DNA of 64,000 nt, taken from assembly GCA_965203295.1 (NCBI GenBank), contig CBDBCZ010000016.1, forward strand, positions 64,001 through 128,000. Direction: 5' to 3'. Numbering within the stretch: position 1 is the first letter of the stretch; every line of letters begins with the position of its first letter. Below, one piece after another: positions 54,801 to 64,000 of the stretch. The stretch comes from Nitrospirales bacterium (GTDB taxonomy: Bacteria; Nitrospirota; Nitrospiria; Nitrospirales; UBA8639). The notes under the pieces were generated by a model. That model saw only the letters and a program-made list of their open reading frames with translations, searched no databases and was not told the DNA's origin. The position numbers and the translations under genes were made by a program.

Positions 54801-55598
54801 GGAGGTGTATGGGCTGTCGGTGGGGGCATAGAACTGCCTTGTGAGTATGCACTTCACTGTGTAAAGAAATACTGCTCACATGTAAGAACAGCGCTATGGC
54901 GATCAGCAGGGTTCTACCCACACTGGTCGTCAGGGGTCGGGTCTAACCACCACTTAGCCTTTTGGACCTCCACTCAACTAATGTTTAACTCTTTTTACAG
55001 TATTTTTAATATAGGAGAAAGTCTGTTTAGTTAGAGTGTCTAGAGTGCTTAGAGATACACAGAAGTGACTGTCAAGACCATAACAAAAGTCTTATTGTGC
55101 ATGCTGTTGTACTACCATACTTGTTGAAAAGTACCCCATGATTAAAAGTACACTTGCTCCAGAGTTTACGTTATTTGGTGTATCACACCAAGGCACTAGA
55201 GGCTGCCTTATGCTGTGTTCTAGCTTCACTCACAGACCAGCTGACCTGTAGGACAAATGTCAACCAAAACTCTTGCAACTATTGCGAAACAAAACTGCTC
55301 CAGGCCACAGAATTGGAGCTACCCACTGTTTTTACTTGTTTCATCATTTTCAGGTGAAGAGTGGTTGACAGCTATAAGTTTTCTCTGATTTGATCTGATT
55401 TTAAGTTTCTATAGTGGAATAAGAAATTACAACTCATCAAATCCACCCTGGAAAGGTAGACACAGGTGCCTTTATTTAAACTGTACATTACTACTAACAG
55501 TTAGTGCTTTTGTGGTACTAGTTGATATTGACTGTTTACTTTGTTTCACTACGTCTTTCTTATTTATGTTAAATGCATGGTCTGGGGTCCTTTACCAT

Positions 55599-58500
55599 TT
55601 GTACCATGGTTGTTCGAATCTGACCAATCACATTCACCGCTCACAGGTCAATAAATCACTTATACACCTCCTTGAGAGGTGTATAAGTACTTATACACCC
55701 CGCCCTTAGGCTGTACTTATTCACCCCGCCCTTAGGCTTTCTGATCCTTTAGCAGTGACTGCATGGCTCAAGTATCATGGCATGCTTTGGAAATATAAAT
55801 TACTGGGCTGCTGAGACAAAGAAAGAATGGCAAGCAAGCGACAAGAGTTGAGGCTCCCGGAGGGGGGGGGGGGGGGGGGGGGGGGGAATTGTTCCATGAC
55901 AGAACGCGCACGCTACACGTACTTATACGTAACGTAGGGTGGGGCCCGAAAGAACGATTAATTCAGTAGGTGGAGCGTAGGGCGGAGCTAAGACGAGCAC
56001 AACACTAGCAACGCTGGCTGGAGCGCCGTCGGTCACGGGTGAGTATCTTCTCGTTGAAACGATAGCTAGGTACAATCAGTATAGGACGAAGTTGATGCTG
56101 ATAATCCCTGAGAATAGTGAGAACGACGGAACTGGTAGTAGGCAAACCGCTGTTGTCGGTACGTTCGCAGCAGAATCCACTGTCGCTAACTAAGCTTCAT
56201 ACTGACAGTACTGACACTTTTATAGTAACGCAGTGCGGTTATACGACGAGGGGGAGGTAGTTACGCGATTTATACACCGAGTGCCGAAGGCACGAGGTGT
56301 ATTAATCGTGTAACTACCAACCCCGAGGCGTATAACCGACTTGTACCATGGGCAGAGCAACACTGTTCCGTAGCAACGCACTGCGTTACTATAAAAGTGT
56401 CAGTACTGTCAGTATGAAGCTTAGCGACAGTGGATTCTGCTGCGAACGTACCGACAACAGCGGTTGCCTACTAACTTCAACCAGTTCCGTCGTTCTCACT
56501 ATTCTCACGGATTACCAGCATCAACTTCGTCCTATACTGGTTGTACCTAGCTATCGTTTCAACGAGAAGATACTCACCCGTGACCGACGGCGCTCCAGCC
56601 AGCGTTGCTAGTGTTGTGCTCGTCTTAGCTCCGCCCTACGCTCCACCTACTGAATTAATCGTTCGTTCGGGCCCCACCCTACGTTACGTATAAGTACGTG
56701 TTAGCGTGCGCGTTCTCTTGTCGCTTGCTTGCCATTCTTTCTTTCTCTCAGCAGCCCAGTAATTTATATTTCCAAAGCATGCCATGATACTAGAGCCATG
56801 CAGTCACTGCTAAAGGATCAGAAAGCCTAAGGGCGGGGTGAATAAGTAGAGCCTAAGGGCGGGGTGTATAAGTACTTATACACCTCTCAAGGAGGTGTAT
56901 AAGTGATTTATTGACCTGTGAGCGGTGAATGTGATTGGTCAGATTCGAACAACCATGGTACAAGTATAGGTTATACGACGAGGGGGAGGTAGTTACGCGA
57001 TTTATACACCGAGTGCCGAAGGCACGAGGTGTATTAATCGCGTAACTACCAACCCCGAGGCGTATAACCGACTTGTACCATGGGCATAGCAGCGCTGTTC
57101 CGTGGCAACGCACTGCGTTACTATAAAAGTGTCAGTACTGTCAGTATGAAGCTTAGCGACAGTGGATTCTGCTGCGAATGTACCGACAACAGCGGTTTGC
57201 CTGCTACCTTTAACCAGTTCCGTCGTTCTCACTATTCTCAGGGATTACCAGCATCAACTTGGTCCTATACTGGTTGTACCTAGCTATCGTTTCAACGAGA
57301 AGATACTTACCCGGCTCTCTAGCCAGCGTTGCTAGTGTTGTGCTCGTCTTAGCTCCGCCCTACGCTCCACCTACTGAATTAATCGCTCGTTCGGGCCCCA
57401 CCCTACGTTACGTATAAGTACGTGTTGTTAGCGTGCGCGTTCTGTCGTGGAACTATTCCCGCCCGGGAGCCTCAACTCTTGTCGCTTGCTTGACATTCTT
57501 TCTTTCTCTCAGCAGCCCAGTAATTTATATTTCCAAAGCATGCCATGATACTAGAGCCATGTAGTCACTGCTAAAGGATCAGAAAGCCTAAGGGCGGGGT
57601 GAATAAGTACAGCCTAAGGGCGGGGTGTATAAGTACTTAGACCATACATGAATAATTATGAGTATATTCCTTTGATGTTTTCCGGTTAGTCCAGGGCATT
57701 TAAGTAGGTTAAACCCCCGCTTGCCCTTTGAAGTCGCCGGTTAGTCCAGGGTAGTTTAATGGACCCTTTGAAGTCAGCCGGTTAGTCCAGGGTAATTTAA
57801 CAGAGCTAACTAAACATAAGCGCTCAGTATGCACAAACGCTTTGTATGAATGAAACAATACAAAACTGCTTTTAAAAACAATTGGCTGGCTATCGAAATC
57901 TAGAGATCTGTGTTCATCTCTGTCTCAGAGGACAGCAGTCGTAGCTTCTTTTCTTGTTCCAATGACAATGGCTGCGCTTGCTTGGTATCTGTTCCAACGC
58001 TCTCCTTTGTCAGCGTCTTCATTCGTGCATCAGATCTGCTGGCTTATCGATCAAAGTCTTGGATCCTTGATCTCATGAGCATCGACTGAAAAACACAGCT
58101 CACTGCGTTTTCTTTCATGTTTTTGCTACTGCATTCTCAGACAGGGGACTCCAAACCGCTTACTGTTTTCTTCGTTACCGAGCTTGAAAATCTTCAAAGT
58201 TGTCAATGTTCAGCTCGAATCCATCAAAATCGAAAGCGGCGCCTAGTTCCCCTCTGCCATATTAAACGTAAAAACTACAACGCAACCAGCACTCACATTT
58301 CTTGCTACAAGAGTGCAGCGGTTAGCAGGAAAAGCCATTAGTCTATGACGTCATACAATGCCACATGACTCTCAAACTACAAGCCCATTGGCTGTTGCCG
58401 CACAACGGTGGCTGTGCCCATATATGGCTAGCAGAGTCCCGTTGCAGCGGGCTGAGCTTATTCAATTAGTGGTATGACCTTATTCAATTAGCGGTATGGT

Positions 58501-58782
58501 CTAAGCCAGATAGACCCCTCCCTAGAGGAAACTAACCGACTTAAGCGCCCTTGGGAACCTTGGGAAACCTCGGAAGTGTTAATGGTGTCTCGGGCTTCGC
58601 CCTCGACCCAATTAACACTTCCTTGGTTTCCCTCGGTTCCCACGGGCGCTTAAGTCGGTTAGTTCCCTCTAGGGAGGGATCTATCCTATACTTATACACC
58701 TCTCAAGGAGGTGTATAAGTGATTTATTGACCTGTGAGCGGTGAATGTGATTGGTCAGATTCGAACAACCAGGGTACAAGTG
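55599..58782. mobile_element. Cluster of three copies of a ~730-bp terminal-hairpin element, family M (M1 55599-56236 inverted and truncated; M2 56237-56966; M3 56967-58782 interrupted)
   Basis: M2 and M3 each have a ~100-bp palindrome GGTTATACG..GCCGAAGGC..CGTATAACC, then ACTTGTACCATGG..CCATGGTACAAGT inverted repeats. Non-coding. Confidence 0.85.
57634..58694. mobile_element. Terminal-hairpin element family N nested in M3, with 6-bp TACTTA terminal direct repeats
   Basis: TACTTA at 57634 and 58689; inverted repeats CTTAGACCATAC (57636) and GTATGGTCTAAG (58494); palindrome 58509-58685 with GCTTCGC loop. The empty site is visible in M1 and M2. Confidence 0.88.
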
Positions 58783-58899
58783 TATTTCTGCACTCCCATA
58801 ATAATAAAACACTCACAAGTAGCCATTGTGGAATAAACTCAATAAAAATTTAATTGGTGACAACAAAATTGTACAATACAGTATAATATCAATGTTCAG

Positions 58900-59700
58900 G
58901 TTATTGAAATACAAAAAAACACTAGTAGTTCGTGACTTCATGCATTCTTTACTTGCGCTTGTAAGATTGAAGTTCCTTCTGCCACAATGAAACGGCATGG
59001 CTTGTGAGAGTTCCTTCAACCACCAGCAGTGCATGGTTGTGGCTGCTGTAACTCAGCAGCATCTACTTAGAGATCACAAATTTCCTGCATAGAACAATGT
59101 AGATTGTATGCACATAACAGCATGCAGACTTAGTGCTATGCATGCATGGACAAAATGATCAATAGTGGAAGTACTTACCCGGCATAAAGTCAACCACATT
59201 CTTGAACGTGGTCACACAGCATAGAGTGCCAAGTACTGCAAGGGTGAGAGTAAGTGAACATTCAATAACTCCTGTTCAGTACAATTGGGTGGAGCTTACC
59301 CCACCCCCAAAGTCTTCTCAAAACCATAGCTAGTCTATGTGTGAAACCAGTCCTACACGTACCTCTACAGTATACAGGATTAGTATAGTTTAATCCTCCC
59401 CAGAGATGCTATTTTAAGCTAGCTAGATTATGTATCACCCACACAGTTAGGGGAGAGAGGCCACAGCTCTTCCTTTCCAGTTCTTTCATCATGGTATAGT
59501 TTCTGCAAACAGCTTTCTTTGCTGACCTGTATGGAACAAATGTTTCATAGTACTTTGCTTTGCAGTTACATGTACTGTACATAAATAAGTGTTATAGCTA
59601 ACTCAGTTTCACTTACTTTTAGTAGGTCATCTTGGTTGGTGATGGCTCAAACACTTGTGGGAAAGCTCTTGAAACAATTCCAGCAGGACTTGTCAATGCT
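58900..59700 (-). pseudogene. Degenerate multi-exon remnant, possibly a transposon accessory gene
   Basis: Minus-strand GTAAGT donors (about 59178, 59616) and YAG acceptors (about 59085, 59238, 59527) bound short peptides with stops. Product not recognised. Confidence 0.3.
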
Positions 59701-60059
59701 AAGCAATAGTAACTATAACTTAACTGTAGCTAGCAATGAGTGGTAGCAGTAACTTTGTCAATTTTTGAAAAATTCACACCAGACTACATTCCAACTACAG
59801 GTGACAATAGCACATATGCATTCTCTGTTCAAAGGGTCAACATTACATCATACAATACTGTACTTTGCCATCTCTTACTGCAAGTTTCCCAGGCAGGACC
59901 TTAAGAAATTTCCAGTAGGGATGCATTACTCGCCTTCGACTTAGCTGTTGTACTTATAATAGTTGTGGGTGAGAGTGGGTAAATATTTAATAACTCCCAT
60001 TCAATACAATTTTGTTACCTCATTTAACGTACCCTTGAAGTCTATACTATTAAAAAGCA

Positions 60060-62761
60060 GTTCACTAGCGTATAGTCCTACCTCCATCCAAATAATTAGG
60101 GCTAGTGTTTCAATCCTCCCGTGAATGCTGATGGTTGAAGATGAGAGTGGGTGCACTTTCAATATCTCTTTTTCGATACAGCTTCGATGTTAATTGATAG
60201 CTCGACTGATAAGGTGTCTAATACAAACTAGTTCACTAGACCAAGTCCTACCTCCATCCCAATAAACAGGATTAGTAGTTCAACCCTCCCCTGAATGCTG
60301 GGTGTGGGTGTGAGTGGGTGAACAGTCATGACAATAACTCCTTTTCGATACGATTTCGTTAGCTTATAGAAGGTCACACCCCCCTGATAGGTGGAAGCAA
60401 ACTCAAAACTAGTTCACTAGTCCTACCTCCATCCCAATAAACAGGAGAAGTAGTTCAACCCTCCCCTGAATGCTGTTATATTGATGGTTGTGGGTGAGAG
60501 TTGGTGAACAGTAAATAACTCCTTTTCGGTACGATTTCGTTAGCTTATGGAAGGTCACACCCCCCTGATAGGTGGAAGTGAGCTCAAAGCCAATTCACTA
60601 CTCCTACCTCCATCCCAATAAACAGGAGAAGTAGTTCAACCCTCCCCTGAATGCTGTTATATTGATGGTTGTGGGTGAGAGTTGGTGAACAGTAAATAAC
60701 TCCTTTTCGGTACGATTTCGTTAGCTTATGGAAGGTCACACCCCCCTGATAGGTGGAAGTGAGCTCAAAGCCAATTCACTACTCCTACCTCCATCCCAAT
60801 AAACAGGAGAAGTAGTTCAACCCTCCCCTGAATGCTGTTGTATGGATGGTTGTGGGTGAGAGTTGGTTCGAACAGTAGATATCTCCTTTCGGTACGATTT
60901 CGTTAGCTTATTGAAGGTCACACCCCCCTACTAGGTTGAAGTGAACTCAAAACCAGTTGACTAGTCCTACCTCCATCCCAATAAACAGGAGAAGTAGTTC
61001 AACCCTCCCCTGAACGCTGTTGTATTGATGGTTGCAGGTGAGATTTGCTGAACAGTAAATAACTCCTTTTCGGTACGATTTTGTTAGCTTATAGAAGGCC
61101 ACATCCCCCTGATAGGTGGAAGTGAGCTCAAAGCCAATTCACTACTCCTACCTCCATCCCAATAAACAGGAGAAGTAGTTCAACCCACCTCTGAATGCTG
61201 TTGTAGTGATGGTTGTGGGGGAGAGTTAGTGAACAGTAAATAACTCCTTTTCGGCACGATTTCGTTAGCTTATAGAAGGTCACACACCCCTGATAGGTGG
61301 AAGCAAACTCAAAACTAGTTCACTAGTCCTACCTCCATTCCAATAAACAGGAGAAGTAGTTCAACCCTCCCCTGAATGCTGTTGTATGGATGGTTGTGGG
61401 TGAGAGTTGGTGAACAGTAGATATCTCCTTTCGGTACGATTTCGTTAGCTTATTGAAGGTCACACCCCCCTACTAGGTTGAAGTGAACTCAAAACCAGTT
61501 GACTAGTCCTACCTCCATCCCAATAAACAGGAGAAGTAGTTCAACCCTCCCCTGAATGCTGTTGTATTGATGGTTGTGGGTGAGAGTTGGTGAACAGTAA
61601 ATAACTCCTTTTCGGTACGATTTCGTTAGCTTATAGAAGGCCACATCCCCCTGATAGGTGAAAGTGAGCTCAAAGCCAATTCACTACTCCTACCTCCATC
61701 CCAATAAACAAGAGAAGTAGTTCAACCCACCTCTGAATGCTGTTGTAGTGATGGTTGTGGGTGAGAGTTAGTGAACAGTAAATAACTCCTTTTCGGCACG
61801 ATTTCGTTAGCTTATAGAAGGTCACACCCCCCTGATAGGTGGAAGCGAACTCAAAACTAGTTCACTAGTCCTACCTCCATCCCAATAAACAGGAGAAGTA
61901 GTTCAACCCTCCCCTGAATGTTGTTGTATGGATGGTTGTGGGTGAGAGTTGGTGAACAGTAGATATCGCCTTTTCGGTACGATTTTGTTAGCTTATTGAA
62001 GGTCACAGCCCCCTACTAGGTTGAAGTGAACTCAAAACCAGTTCACTAGTCCTACCTCCATCCCAATAAACAGGAGAAATAGTTCAACCCTCTCCTGAAT
62101 GCTGTTGTATTGATGGTTGTGGGGGAGAGTTGGTGAACAGTAGATATCTCCTTTTCGGTACGATTTCGTTAGCTTATAGAAGGCCACACCCTGGAAGTGA
62201 ACTCAAAACCAGTTCACTAGTCCTGCCTCCATTCCAATAAACAGGAGAAGTAGTTCAACCCTCCCCTGAATGCTGTTGTATTGATGGTTGTGGGTGAGAG
62301 TTGGTGAACAGTAGATATCTCCTTTTCGGTACGATTTCGTTAGCTTATAGAAGGCCACACCCCCCTGATAGGTGGAAGTGAACTCAAAACCAGTTCACTA
62401 GTCCTGCCTCCATCCCAATAAACAGGAGAAGTAGTTCAACCCTCCCCTGAATGCTGTTGTATTGATGGTTGTGGGTGAGAGTTGGTGAACAGTAAATAAC
62501 TCCTTTTCGGTACGATTTCGTTAGCTTATAGAAGGTCACACCCCCCTGATAGGTGGAAGTGAACTCAAAACCTGTTCACTACTCCTACCTCCATCCCAAT
62601 AAACAGGAGAAGTAGTTCAACCCTTCCCTGAATGCTGTTGTATTGATGGTTGTGGGGGAGAGTTGGTGAATTATTAACAGTCAATAACTCCTTTTCGGTA
62701 CTTAGCTTATAGAAGGTCACACCCCACTGATAGGTGGAAGTGAACTCAAAACTAGTTCACT
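60060..62761. repeat. Tandem satellite, 181-bp unit, about 15 copies
   Basis: CCTRCCTCCATYCC starts at 60247, 60422, 60603, 60784, 60966, 61147, 61328, 61508, 61689, 61870, 62051, 62222, 62403 and 62584, with a decayed copy near 60077. Confidence 0.98.
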
Positions 62762-62777
62762 ATTCAAATATTGGGAT

Positions 62778-63360
62778 AGGGTTGAAAACATAAGTGAAGG
62801 GGTTTCCTTGTGAACCTAGTGGTCTAAAGGGCCTAGATTGTTTTCCTTGAATAACAAGGACAAATGGATAAAACTAATATTCGCTCGCTTGTCAACATGA
62901 GTTCTTCAGGGGAAATAATGATCAGTACTATTTTCTGACTATTGGTTCTAGTTGAAATCACACTGGTATGGATTGCCAAGCATATCTCACATTTTAGCTG
63001 CCAGTAGTTGTAATTATGATTAGTGAGTAAGTCTTACGTTGGTATTCTAATGCTTGAAAGCCACACCTACTAACACCGTTCAATCCCCAAAACCCACAGC
63101 TGCATGTCTCCTAACTATTGGGCTGGGGTTAAAAACATAAGTGGAAAGGTCTCCTTGTGGTCTAAAGGGCCTAGATTGTTTACCTTGAATAATAAGGACA
63201 AATGGATGAAACTAGTATTCACTCGCTCGTCAACATGAGTTTTTCAGGGGAAATAATGATCAGTGCTATTTTCTGACTATTGGATCTAGTTGTAATCATA
63301 CTGGTATGATTTGCCTTGAATATCTCACATTTCAGTTCCACAAGACCAGAGTTGTGACTA
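62778..63360. repeat. Two diverged direct copies of a ~230-bp unit (62778 and 63126)
   Basis: GTGGTCTAAAGGGCCTAGATTGTTT..CAGGGGAAATAATGATCAGT..ATATCTCACATTT occurs twice. Confidence 0.9.
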
Positions 63361-63593
63361 TGATTACTTATTTCAGTGTGCAAGACTTAGGTCAGTATTA
63401 TGTTAGTGCTATTTCCTTCACACTTACAATCATACTGGCATGGTATACCTAAAGCATTATTCCGTTAAGCATGATGACATGCATCTAATGAGAATTTTAA
63501 CAAATGGCATATTGTCAGCATATCTTGCCTCAGGTACTGCTTTAGTATACAAATGGGACCAAGATTCATTCAAAGTCCCTTTTGCCTAGAGTG

Positions 63594-63728
63594 TTCCCTA
63601 CCACTCTAAGGGTGTTGACGGTTAATCAGGTGTCTCTGCAACACCCTGGGGTGCCTACACCTTTTGTCATTAGGGTGTTTTATTACACCGCCTAAAGGGT
63701 GTTCTGCAACACCCCATTTTTAACAGTG
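63594..63728 (-). mobile_element. CACTA/EnSpm-like terminus with subterminal repeats
   Basis: Ends TTTTTAACAGTG (CACTGTTAAAAA on minus). Preceded by multiple GGGTGTT and AACACCC motifs in both orientations. Confidence 0.55.
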
Positions 63729-64000
63729 TGCGAGAACTCGAAACTGCATGTAGCTCGCGAAGGGCTAGCTACACCAGACTGCGCTTATATCTACCTTTCA
63801 ACCACAGTTACGATGTCTGAAAAGTTGGAGTGCGCCCATTGCCGATGTCGAATGCCAGAGACAGTGCTGGAAAAATTATGCCCTCAGTGACAAGATGAGA
63901 TGTGCCGTGACAGAGAAGTCCAGTGATCATGCAACCAAAACAGCACCAGCAACCCCACTCAGTGGCGCATGAATATAGTAATTCTGCTCAAGACGAGCAG

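Noticed and set aside
55512..58341. ORFs within the M and N elements as a recombinase or transposase
   Set aside because: All are under 90 aa with no catalytic motifs, and they are not conserved between M copies.
60060..62761. Hammerhead-ribozyme (retrozyme-like) tandem repeat
   Set aside because: I could not find a CTGANGA plus GAAA core with the required stems on either strand. A covariance-model scan would be decisive.

Overview
AT-rich animal genomic DNA with short GT-AG introns; a sponge-like origin is only my impression. I can support no intact protein-coding gene. The window is a decayed segmental-duplication block with layout A1(1-2942) B(2953-13869) A2(13870-16802) C(to 23498) D(23499-33166) B'(33167-45879) A3(45880-48828) C'(to 55598), followed by unrelated repeat-rich DNA. 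The duplicon holds four pseudogenised genes: a multi-exon coiled-coil gene (three partial copies), the 5' half of ADP-ribosylarginine hydrolase (ADPRH), SLC35F5 head-to-head with ADPRH across about 130 bp, and two late exons of ER alpha-1,2-mannosidase (MAN1B1). Mobile DNA includes a truncated Gypsy LTR element, a degenerate LINE with nested insertions, MITEs, Helentron-like remnants, a tRNA-like Pol III cassette, tiny TAGTCT..AGACTA hairpin inserts with 9-bp target duplications, and a 181-bp satellite with trimeric higher-order structure. The most striking signal is a set of three non-coding element families (19.5/51.6 kb, 55.6-58.8 kb, and one nested at 57.6-58.7 kb) with unrelated bodies but a shared design: a 100-180 bp terminal hairpin with a GCGAAGC-type loop, short asymmetric inverted repeats, and a CCTATAC(TTR) end. 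One family occurs head-to-tail, and another is inserted into it with a 6-bp TACTTA repeat. This points to a tyrosine-recombinase (Crypton-like) circle-forming system. All coordinates and family assignments were read by eye; no searches were run.
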